This document shows, piece by piece, positions 1-11,427 of a stretch of 64,000 bases of DNA (its first letter is position 1; every line of letters begins with the position of its first letter). A program made the position numbers and the translations under genes. The stretch is from Paramecium tetraurelia (Eukaryota), in contig CT868274.1 in NCBI GenBank assembly GCA_000165425.1, positions 62,001 through 126,000 of the forward strand, in the 5' to 3' direction. The notes under the pieces were generated by a model, which was not told where the DNA came from, made no database searches, and was given only the letters and a program-made list of their open reading frames with translations.

Positions 1-1008
1 AATCAATTATCCTTACTATTAATTCAAAATCTTCAAAAACAACTTGAAAATCTAGATAATCTGACCACCTAAACCACAACCAAGCTATTCTATCATGAAT
101 TCCAAGCATCTCATATTTGCCATCCTTAAGGCATCAAAGTTTTAGTTATCCTCCAATAAAAGCACTCTGCTTATAATTTTAATTAAATCATCTGAGAGTC
201 TTAGGACGCATTCATAAGAATCTGTGTTTTATAACGTATACAACATCTATGTCCTATCATATTGGACATTCACATACTAGACAGCTTATTTTAATGCTTA
301 TAGTTTCTCATTTAGCATTGAAGGTTGATTAATTGAGTCAGCTATCAATATTTATAAGCCACTTGCCCTTAGAAAATAATAGTCTTTTTGCTTAACTAGA
401 ATTTAAGCTTTTTCAGCATAAAAATTGGCTACTTTCTTGAATATTTCAGCAGCTTATACAAATCTTCTCGAAGATAAAAGAGATAAACCCAATAGAATGT
501 CTGCTTCTGCTTAGTTAATTTCACGGTTATTTTTTTTGAAGATATGACTGATGTTTAATAGGGCTACCATTTAATTAGCAGCAGGTGATAAGTATAACTA
601 ATATCCAAAAACTTAGATTGTTAGTTTAGCTTTTAACTTATTTTCTAATTATTGAGGAGGTTCACAAACACCAAAAGAAAGTCTGAGTTTTCTACCAAAT
701 CCAAGACCCACAATCTTGTATTAACCACTACATTATTCAGTATTCACCACCTCTTTGCTATTGATTAGACGATTATAAGTTTAATCAAAGCAATCCAAAC
801 ATTCTAAAGATGTAAATGCAAATCCTTTTATTGGAGTATCACTCCATTTTAAAACTAAATGAGTGATCAAACTATCTTCTGTTAGATTGATCTATAATTT
901 CACATTAGCTTATTTACTATCACCTTATCTTTCAGTAATTTAAACTTTAATTGCTTCTTGAGCAAGGTCGAATGATGCAACACAAACATTGCTTTGAACC
1001 AATTACAT
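1..1008 (-). CDS. Hypothetical protein, 5' part only (runs off window start); possibly helical-repeat region
   Basis: ATG at 1008 (MQLVQSNVCVASFDLAQEAIKV...) open in code 6 to the window edge; no diagnostic motif. Confidence 0.7.
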
Positions 1009-1248
1009 ATTAATAAATTAAATAAACAAAATCGGATTTTACTCAATAAATTGAGTATGAATATCAAGATGATTTTATATAACCTTTGTATATATAACTG
1101 ATGATTTAAATCATATAACCCATAGAGTATAAAAAATTATTAATATATTGTATGTTTATAACTCTAATAAAATTATTTATAAAATAAATAAATTTAGTAT
1201 TATTTTGGATAAGATGTTTATATTTAATTTTTAATCATCTACAATTTA

Positions 1249-1772
1249 ATGTTATTATAAACATCACTGAGACAATTAAAGTTAATTTGTCTTTAGGTCA
1301 AATTAAATCTTCAAAAATTCTTAATAAACTAAATACTATAAATTATTTTTTGAATTTTATAAGAATATTGTTAATATCAGTAAGATTCAATCTAAATAAG
1401 CTGTTAAATTTAATAATAATCAGGAGCAACCTTTTAACAACCAGGATTTAATTGAGTTGTTTTATTAAAACAAATCTGATTATAAATTTGATCTTGTTGA
1501 AGATGTGATATAATTGCAATTAACAAAGAAATAATAACCATTTAAATGGCTGTTTTTAATATGAGTTTGTAAGAATATACATAGATTTAATAATCAACCA
1601 ATTTATCAATTCACAAAGAGCTCAGAACTTATATTTCGAATAATCTAGATTATATAATTAAATATTGAATTATAGAAACCTTGGATTGGATGGAAGCTTT
1701 TATTATGACTTCTTATAATTTACATACAATTTAAACGATAATTCAAACTTCAAAACTTTATTAATTTTTTGA
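1249..1772 (+). pseudogene. Possible degraded gene remnant
   Basis: Two coding-like code-6 frames (1249-~1563 and ~1510-1772) offset by a frameshift with no clear intron; no motif recognised. Confidence 0.3.
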
Positions 1773-1865
1773 CAGCATTTAGTTAAGATATCAGAAAATA
1801 TATTTTATTATTACATGATATATTCTTTATATTTATTCAACGAAATCAGATAATTGCAATAAAGC

Positions 1866-3685
1866 TCAATGTTGGATAGATTTTTCCAAAAGGCTATAAA
1901 TTCTTTGGCCTATGTATAATATATTTTCAGATGATACCATGCACAGTCGATTTGATGGCTGTTAATTCGGATTAGTTTTATTATAAATGATCTGATATAT
2001 ATTTTTGTACACTATGATCACTCAAAACTAAAAATTTCTTTATAACATAATTAGCGTATTGATGATTGGCTAAGATGACGAAATTACTTGAACTAGAGAT
2101 AGGGAGATTATTTTACTATTAATTTGGATTTCGACATACAAGCCAATTCATTATTGCCACTAATTCTTGCTTACCTAAGACTTCCAAGGCTCGTTCAACA
2201 GTATTGCTTGAAATGATATCAGACAATACCTTGCGTATTTGTTAACACTAAGTTAGTAAAATTGTTATATAACTAATTGAACTAAATATCCCTTTTCTTA
2301 GCTTGGTTTCCAATATTATAATATATGCTATAAGACATAGTTTCCATATTCAGTTTAACTCAGTATACTATAATTCTACACAGATAATCTAATTATTCTA
2401 CTTATTTGTTGTGGAGTGTATTATTATATAACTTTATGAATAATTTTGCAGCCATATATTTATTAGCCCATGTAGTTAAACTAAATAGTTGAATGAGTAA
2501 ATTTACAGATTCTTCTACAATGGGAATGAGAAATTCCATTTTTAATTTATCATAAGTTTCCAACATCTTAAAAATGACATAATTTCCATTCAAATCATAG
2601 ATTAAAGATCTCATGTTAGATTGTAATTGCTATAGTACAATCAATTACAAATCTTCACGATTATAGGTGTATTCAATCAATTTTTGCATCACTCTGCATC
2701 CAAAATTGTTCTTGGACAAGTCATAGAAATGGGACTTTAATTTGTTAAACATCCTCAATTGTAGTTTTTGATTAGCTAAATATCATGTGTGAATTATACT
2801 GCATTCAAAGATTTTTTGAACCACGTAATTGCCAAATACGTCCTTCTCAATTTATGGACTGATGCGTTCCAACTTATATGTGATCAATTCCTTCTATTCC
2901 TAGGTCCCTTGTTCCAACATCTTCTGCAATTTGCGGCTTACAATCTGGTTTCCCCAAAGTTAATCCTATAGATTTATGCCATGTTTATTACTACTAAAGA
3001 GGTCACCTAAAGATCCATTTCAACATCTGGCTCAAATTTAACTTGAGGACTTTGAGATTCAAGAGGTGGAGAGTAGAGCGGTTAGTTGAGGTAACTATAA
3101 TCATAAGACAAGCCTTGAGGGATGGAATGACCGTCAATGATGTCCTGGAAATACTCAGACTCATTCTTTTCTGAATTCCACAGTTCCTTTATAACCTATA
3201 AAGTCTGAGCATTGAGTAAAGGAGTATCATTTGAGCTAGGGGATTGCATCTCTAAAATTGCATCTTAATTTTCTTCAATTCCTTAACCAAGAGGTTCAGT
3301 CAGGTGAGGTTCACATGTTTTATGCTTTGGAGATTTTCGTTTTTATTCTCTAGGTACCTTGAAACTTTAATGTTTCTAAGCACTAAGTGTCCCTTGTACT
3401 TATAATTTGAATATATTTTCTTCTTATTCATCAATAGTGTCTATAATGAGACAGTTATTTTGATTAACTACGCTTTCTTTAGGTGATGTGTCCAATGTCA
3501 TTTGCTCGAAGTCTGTTGTTAATGTATTGCTCATTGGAGTCATCAAACCTAGGTTCCCCAATCTTATAATAATAAGCAAGGCCTTACTTAACTTTTTGTT
3601 ATTCAGATAACTGTCCCTCTGCATTTTCGGTTCCCTGAAATTCCTTTAGCAATGAAGGCAGATAATCATCATTTTAGTTGTTCAT
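1866..3685 (-). CDS. Pumilio/PUF-family RNA-binding protein
   Basis: C-terminal PUF repeats (DVFGNYVVQKIFE, NNFGCRVMQKLIE, DLNGNYVIFKMLE, HQYANYVIKKFL); low-complexity N-terminus; several tiny introns; TGA at 1868-1866. Confidence 0.92.
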
Positions 3686-3868
3686 GTGGGGAGATTGTAT
3701 TGATAAATAAAACAAAAAAAATCTTTTATATATTTTTTCATTAAAATTCCAGCATCATTTAGTCTCTTTTATGATAATAATGCATGTGGCTAAAACAACT
3801 AATGATTATATATATTTATAAATTGATTTGCAGAGTATATTCATATAATAATTTAAAATAGTACAACA

Positions 3869-4862
3869 ATGTCAGATGATGATGTTGAGATTATTCATTC
3901 GAGTCAATACGGAGATAGTCTGCCTTAATAAGTCCTTGGCAGTCAAATTATTCCCAACCTCTAATCTGATAATCAAGTAATACGTTTTCTGAAATTTAGA
4001 AACTTCAGCAAAGTAACAAATCGCTGGAGACTGAGGTCAAACAATACAAACATTTATTGGAGTAAACCTTAGAAACTCTGCGACAATCTGAAAGAGATCA
4101 AAATACATTGAGTATTGCTATTGTGCATCTAAATTTTAGAACTTCAACTTTCCTAAAAGGATTTCTAACTTTAAGCAATCTAGGCTAATGTAGAGGAACG
4201 TTAAAAAAGTGCAAAAATAGAATCGCATTAAAAATTAAAGGATAGCAATTCTAGTAAAATGCTGTAAATTATAATAGACCGAGATTCCTTTGGTAATAAA
4301 TAAACAAATGTGTCTTCCATCGGCGGTTTTTTATCATCCACTTAAAGTCCTCGTTGTTAATGCGATGGTGTAATTTACTTCATTAATATTAGTTTCATAC
4401 TAGAGGACAAACGCTCATAGAGACTATGAAGAAGATTCAATTCTCTTTAAAATAGAATGAGTAAAGTGCTTACTCTTAGGACCTTTTCAAAATATTGTAA
4501 GAATTAGAAGAGAATTTAAAATAGTTTTTAACTCTTCATGAATAATTTGCAATCGAAGTATTTTTATGTTGTAAAAATAGATTCATCGAAATAGAATAGA
4601 TCAAACAGAACAACAATCTCAAAATAAACAACAATCCACCCATTCGATGAGTGATTAATTTCATTCTTTGGAAGATTAAAATACCAATTAAAATCCTAAT
4701 CAGTAAATACTGAATAATGATGAACTTGACACCAGCCAATTTGAAAGTGAATAACACATCAAATAGTAATTTGAATGTTTCGAAATGTCATTGGCAAAAT
4801 TGAATGAAGAGGAAAAACAATATTGGAAATAAAAATTACTATAATTAATTAACACTCTTTGA
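3869..4862 (+). CDS. Hypothetical coiled-coil protein
   Basis: MSDDDVEIIHSSQYG...; multiple tiny GT-AG introns; ends KLLQLINTL-TGA. Confidence 0.7.
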
Positions 4863-4880
4863 ATAATTTTAATATTATTT

Positions 4881-5920
4881 ATGGAAGAAGAAAAATCAGA
4901 TTAAGTAACGATTGAGCCCTTATTCTTTCCATCAAAAGAGAACGAATAAAAGCTAATTCAATTTCTCTCCCAAGCCAAATCATACATCCGTATCTGTGTT
5001 TACACATTCACCAATAAAAACATTGTTGCCAAAATGTTGTAGATGATGAAAGAAAATCCTAATCTTAAAATACAAGTCATCACTGATGATGCTTAGACCA
5101 AGATACCCTCATAAAAAGCTATTCTGGATTAGATATTGGAAGAAGGAAAGGGCTAGGTAATTCATTAGCGTTATATTTTTCTCAGGCTGAAATCAAACTT
5201 GACAATTCAACAGTTAGTTTGATGCATAATAAATATCTAGTGATTGACACAGATTATATTGCTACAGGTTCTTTTAACTGGACTAAGTCTGCAGTTACAA
5301 CCAACAAAGAAAACTTACTATTAATTAAAAGTAAGAAACTTGTGCAATAATTTGATGAAAACTTCTAATAACTATGGAAAGACTTTCAATTCATGAACGA
5401 CAGAATTCTATAATAACAACAAGAAGAAATTGATAAAGCAGAACGTTAGAAATTAAAAGCAGAAAAACTAGCTGAATAGGCTGCAAAAAAGGCAGAACAA
5501 GAAGCAAATGCTGACCCTAATAATCCAAATCCCACACCAACAGAACCATAAACCAAACCTAAAAAAGCTCCCAAAGAACCCAAACCACCTAAAGAACCTA
5601 AACCTCCTAAGGAACCCAAACCTCCTAAAGAGCCAAAACCACCAAAAGAACCTAAACCACCTAAACCTCCTAAACCTACTAAAGAACCTAAACCACCCAA
5701 GGAACCTAAACCCCCCAAGGAACCAAAACCCATTAAGCAAAAAATTAGAAAGGTCGCCTAACCTAAGAAAAAGAGGGAAAGTTAAGAGGATGAAGATTTT
5801 AGTGATGATGGAGAGGAAGTCGACGTTTAGAATGATGTCGAAGATGATGATGACGATGTTGCAGAGGAGGAAGATTCAATGGAAGACTTTTTAGCAGAAG
5901 ATGATTCTGAATGTGATTGA
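4881..5920 (+). CDS. Single-HKD phospholipase D superfamily protein (Zucchini/PLD6/Nuc-like) with Pro/Lys repeat and acidic tail
   Basis: MHNKYLVIDTDYIATGSFNWT (HxKxxxxD...GSxN) at 5222-5284; upstream IRICVYTFTN and VITDD, downstream NKEN; 29-nt intron 5157-5185; 336 aa. Confidence 0.9.
5570..5731 (+). repeat. Coding tandem repeat, 9 x 18 nt, encoding PKEPKP
   Basis: Units such as CCTAAAGAACCTAAACCT; differences are mostly at third codon positions. Confidence 0.95.
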
Positions 5921-5961
5921 TAAATTACATAAAAAAGAAATAAACAAAATATACATTAATT

Positions 5962-6627
5962 ATGAACTATAGCTCCTAAAATGAATACTATGTCAGAGAT
6001 TCAAAAATAATAAGTGAGAGTCTTAATTAAAAGAAACTAAAATCTCAATTATCATTGGCAAAATCTCCTTTCAAAGATAAACGCAAATTCATTAATGAGT
6101 CTGAAGGAGCAATCAAAAATAGTTATCAAATACAATTAAACAATTTTGTTAACGGAGCCCGAGTTGCTCCTTAACCTATGTTTAAAACCACTGTATAAAA
6201 ACATGGAGTTATAAAGCATGTAGAAAGAATTCATTCTGAAACTTAAAAATATCATCAAAATTTATCCAATAAAAGATCTGAAAGAAATATATTTTATAAT
6301 AAATTGATTTCTGCTTCCACAAAGCGATCATATAAAAAAATTAAGTAGAACTATTGCAAGACAAACGATAAAACCGATTGCATTTCGAGAGCTGAAATTA
6401 CATATCTTTAAAATAGCTATATCGATGCTAAACCAACTGTTGCTGACACTTCGCTATAAATTAATCATCATCAAAATAAGTTGATAAGGAAAAATAAATA
6501 TTAAATTATTTCGTATGCTAAGAAAGAGGAAAAGTACAATATATTGAATTAAACAGAAAACTAAATGAATGATGAAGATCCATCTGAAAAACAGGTTCTG
6601 CCTTTTAAATCAAAGAGAAAATTGTGA
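5962..6627 (+). CDS. Hypothetical basic protein (221 aa)
   Basis: Uninterrupted code-6 ORF MNYSSQNEYYVRD...KSKRKL-TGA. Confidence 0.7.
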
Positions 6628-7070
6628 TTAAAATTATTAGATATTTTATGCTAATTATAATTACTATCAGTTAATCAACTTATAAATAAACATTAAATTT
6701 TAATATTGTCAATATAATTGCAATATATGGATATTTAGAAATTAATTAATAATCTTGTTAATATATGAAATATTCCTAATATTTGGTTTTTATATAACAG
6801 AACATTTCTATTTCTATCAATTCAATTCAATATTTTAAAGAGAGTAAGAAAAGTAGATCATATTTGATAAAAAATATAAATAGAAAAATGAAAAAATTTA
6901 TCATAAGCGATTTAAAAGATATAGCCTCTTAGACTTGGTTATTGATTGTGAAAGAAAATTGTAGAAGATTGAAACTAATATGTGAGAATTTTCAATACAT
7001 TTGTATTTAAATTTAATTTTATAATATAAAAACGAACTAAACTAATTGGTGAAGAATACATTATTTTTTT

Positions 7071-8192
7071 ATGTTATTACTCTTTCACTAACATACTTCC
7101 TACAATCCAGAATATGAGAAGTAATCTCTCAAGCCAAATTGTTCATAAAATGTTATTCTAAAAGCAATGCATGCATCTTTATACAACAAATATTCCTATG
7201 CTCAAAATTACTATTACACTAATAATCTGAACATGATTATAAATAATCAAGGAAGGCCATCCATCATTCACATATATGAGAAAGAATACTTTGAATGCAA
7301 GGAGTATTTGAATAAATATCATGATAAATAAGTTACTCAAAAACTAAAGAAACTGATTTCTATTCATAAACAAACTTTAAATGCTCCTAGATACTTTTTA
7401 GAACCAATTAGTTTGGATCTTTTAGTGGATAAAAATTATACAAAGAAAAGGAAACTGAGATAAAGAAATTTATAATAAAAATAGTAGACTCAATATAATA
7501 ATAATAATAATGGTAAATTTAACTTAGTAAATTAATTTCTTAAAATGAAACTCATTAGTTTTGATCCAATTTTGAAAGACTTGAACGATTCAAAGCCAAC
7601 AACCATGTAATTTGTAGACATGTTGAAGGAGTATAATGCATACAATAAACAATACAGAAATGCTTAATTTATTATAGAGATGGAGTAACACTAAAAGCAA
7701 TCAGTTTTGGATGACAATGTAAAAATAAAACAGTTCAATGAAATTGTATCTTTCAACAAGAATTCTAATCTATCAGGATCAACACGTCTATCAAGTACAA
7801 GAATTCAAAAGGAGCCAAATATCAGAAATATCTTAATGCAGCATTACACATCATTAAATTATTAGAATTTCATCAATCAAAGAATTTTGTAATAGGACGA
7901 AAAACATCTGAGTACTAATAAAGCAATCTTCAAAAATACAACAAATTAGGAGAACTTGTAAAAATGCAACAATAAGGTTCAATTGACTTAGTACAAAAAA
8001 AAATAACCCTAGCCAATCGATGTGATGATGGAATCAATGAGATCTTAATAATAATAGTAGCAAATATAAAGTAGTAGAGCAAACCCTGAAAACAAGAGAA
8101 TCCAATCTAAACCATTTCTTAGCCCAAAAGGATAAGTAACTTCGAATATTAATTTTAGGAGAGTGCCTTCTAATATAACTAAACTAAGATGA
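7071..8192 (+). CDS. Hypothetical protein (ciliate-type, YNKYSYAQNYYY segment, Q/N-rich)
   Basis: Long code-6 ORF, ATG 7071 in frame with TGA 8190-8192; middle not fully traced. Confidence 0.7.
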
Positions 8193-8280
8193 TACTTCAT
8201 AATATAATTATAAATTTATATAATAAGATTAATTCATCGATTATATCCAATTTAATGACATAAATAAATCATAAAATAAT

Positions 8281-9943
8281 ATGCAAAAATTTAGGAATAT
8301 TGCAGCATTTTCTACAATTCCCTCTTATTTTACCCTCGATCCAAATTAAATGTAAGATAGTCTTTTAATTAACATCACAATAGATCTGCTCGCAATCCTC
8401 ACAAGGCTCAAAACTTTTTGCGTGGAAAATGGATTGATTCCCATAAATATCAAACAATAATAGATCCATTGAATGGCGAACCATTTATTACTGTGCCCGA
8501 TGTCTAGGATAAATAAGAGTTGTAGAAATTTATTGATTCAGCCAAAGAATGCCCAATTAGTGGATTACATAATCCATTAAAAAATCCATAAAGATATTAA
8601 CTTTATGGGGAAGTATGTCATAAAATAGCTGCAGAACTTAAAAAAAAAGAGGTTCATGATTTCTTAGTGAGATTAATCCAAAGAGTTGTACCTAAGCATT
8701 TTGCATAAGCATCAGGGGAAGTTGTTGTAACAGAGAGATTCTTCTAAAATTTTAGTGGTGATCAACCTCGTTTCTTAACTAGATCATTCAATGTCGCTGG
8801 GGATCGACCTGGATAGCAATCATCAGGATATAGATGGCCTTTTGGATCTTGTGCTGTTGTGGCTCCATTCAATTTTCCATTAGAAATACCAAGTTTATAG
8901 ATATTTGGAGCTTTGATCACAGGAAACAAAGTTTTCTTCAAAGGAGACAGCCGAGTCAATGTTGTTATGGAATAAATGTTGAGATTAGCCCTTCATTGTG
9001 GATTACCAGCTACAGATGTAGATATGTTATTTGGAAATGGTGAAGCGACTGAATTTATTTTAAAACAGGGAAATTTCAGAAACACTTAATTTACAGGATC
9101 ATCAAAGGTCGCAGAACATTTAACAAAAGTATTGAATGGAAAGATAAGAATTGAAGATGCTGGATTTGATTGGAAAATACTTGGTCCAGATGTACCAGAT
9201 GTGGATACTCAAAATTATGTTGCATGGCAATCTGATTAGGATGCATATGGAAGCACTGGATAGAAATGTTCAGCTTAAAGCATACTCTTTGTTCATGAAA
9301 ATTGGGTTAAGGCAGGATTTCTTGATAAAATTAAACAACTTGCTAGTACCAGAAAATTATAAGATTTGAGCAATGGTCCCATAATAACATGGAACAATAC
9401 ATAAATTAAATAGCATATTGACAACATTTTGAAGATTCCTTAATCTAAAGTATTGTTTGGTGGGTAGGAATTGAAAAATCACACTATTCCATCAATTTAC
9501 GGAGCATTTGAACCCACAGCCTTGTACGTTCCATTAGATTAAATTTAAAAGAATAAGGCAGTGACTACAGAATTGTTTGGACCATTTTAGATTGTCACTA
9601 CTTATTCTTCTGATTAAATCAATTAGGTTTTGGATGTGATCAATAATCTTGAAAACCATTTGACTGCAGGCATAGTTAGTAATGATGTGAATTTCTTAAG
9701 ACATGTTTAATCCAATACAACTAATGGAGTGACTTATAGGTAATGTGAGATTCAATTATTTTAGTGGTATAAGGGCAAGAACCAACTGGTGCTCCCCAAA
9801 ATCATTGGTTTGGACCATGTGGAGATCCAAGAGGAGCAGGTATCGGCACTCCTGAAGCAATATTATCTGTGTGGACATGTCATAGGGAAATTATACATGA
9901 CATAGATCTGGCTCCTTAAGGATTCAAAGGATAACAAAGTTGA
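8281..9943 (+). CDS. Aldehyde dehydrogenase family 12 / delta-1-pyrroline-5-carboxylate dehydrogenase, probably mitochondrial
   Basis: APFNFPLEIP, FTGSSKVAE, IEDAGFDWKILGPD, GQKCSAQS (catalytic Cys), TTGAPQNHWFGP; basic, acid-free N-terminus; introns 8352-8383 and ~9740-9764. Confidence 0.93.
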
Positions 9944-9980
9944 TTATTGTTTAATATATAGACAATATAGAATAGATTTG

Positions 9981-11258
9981 TCATTATCTAATCCAATCCA
10001 ATAATTTGATAGCATCTTGCCATCTGAGATCTACTGATCTACAATTTAACAGTACAATAATGTACGAGTTCTCGTTATCCTCAAAATACTCTACAACACA
10101 AGGCCCTGCCTCTTTTGTTATGCCTGTCTTAACACCCCTAAATCCTTGGTATAACATCCTATTAGTGTTTTCCCAAAAGATTTCCTTTGACTCTCCAAAT
10201 TTGTCTTCAATTTCACTAAAGTAGATTTTGGTCTTGACAATACTGGCGAACTGTAGATTTTACATGGCATGATAGGTGAGGATGCCAATATCATAAGCAG
10301 ACGAGTAGTTGGCTTCATGATACAAACCTTTTTGTTAGATTAATAATACCATGAGGATTAGCATAGGATGTCAACTCCATTCCAATGTCTTATGCGTTTT
10401 GATTCATTTGTTATATAAAGTCGCAACCTTTATAAAGTTCGAAATTATGTTGTAGGGAGATTGCTGCATCGTTGCCAGATGGTAACATCAACCCATAGAG
10501 CAGATCTCTAATGCTGAGTTTATCACCACTTGAGAGTTGTGCTGTTGTGCCTCCAATCCTTTCTGCCTATATTTAAGCTATGAACTACTTTTTCTGGCAC
10601 TGTGAAATAGGTGTTATCAAGGTCCAATTGAAATTGCTGGGTGAGTTTCAGTGCTAGCCAACATGTCATGATTTTGGTGATTGAAGCCATTTGTCTGCTT
10701 TTATATTGATTATAGCCCCCCATCAATTGGCCATTCTTTCCATTAATAACACACCAGCTCTGAGCAGACACTAATGGAGCCACACTCTCCAAAGGTGTAA
10801 TGGAGATTTATTATGGTAATATTCGTTTAGCTCTGGAAACTGCAGTCTTGGGTTTGATGGGGGATTATTGATATTTTTCCGAACTCTTTTTCGAATAGAA
10901 GGAGTTGTTGGCTGTGGAATTTAGGAGTTTGACTTTGGTATTTTTGGGGTTGCTGTACATGTGAAACCTTTTGGAGTCCATGATGGTGGTTTTCTGCTTT
11001 TTTTGTTCAGGTTCTTTATCTTGCTGATGTGGTTGAATGACTGAGACTTTTCGGACTTAAAACTTATCTGCGGGTTCAATAGATACATTGAATACTTTAC
11101 TTATACTCTCTGAAGATTCTCTGGGCCAACATTAAGGTGTTGCTGAGATTTTCGGTTTGTGGTTGGAGGAATGCTTGGTGGCGATAATTGCTGGCACTTG
11201 TAGGTTGGTATTTGAGACAGAGGGCTTGTTGTCTATTTTCAAAGTATTCTTGATTCAT
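9981..11258 (-). CDS. Peptidase S11 (D-alanyl-D-alanine carboxypeptidase / PBP5-like) with low-complexity N-terminus
   Basis: SxxK (MASITKIMT), SxN (LMLPSGNDAA), NPHG and KTG (GVKTGITKEAGPC) motifs in canonical order. Confidence 0.9.
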
Positions 11259-11427
11259 GTAAATATTAATAATGAAATTGGGTATATAATTAAATTATTT
11301 AGATGTTATTTTTTTTATACAGGAAAATCTAATAATGCTTTGGATGTAATGTATTTAGGTCCAAATATTTATTGATTGAAGTTACTATGATAAATAAATA
11401 TTTATAAATTATAATAAATAATAACTG

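Noticed and set aside
5446..5894. Gly/Leu-, Phe/Arg- and Asn/Leu-rich ORFs in the supplied track
   Set aside because: Antisense and off-frame shadows of the PKEPKP repeat in the PLD gene
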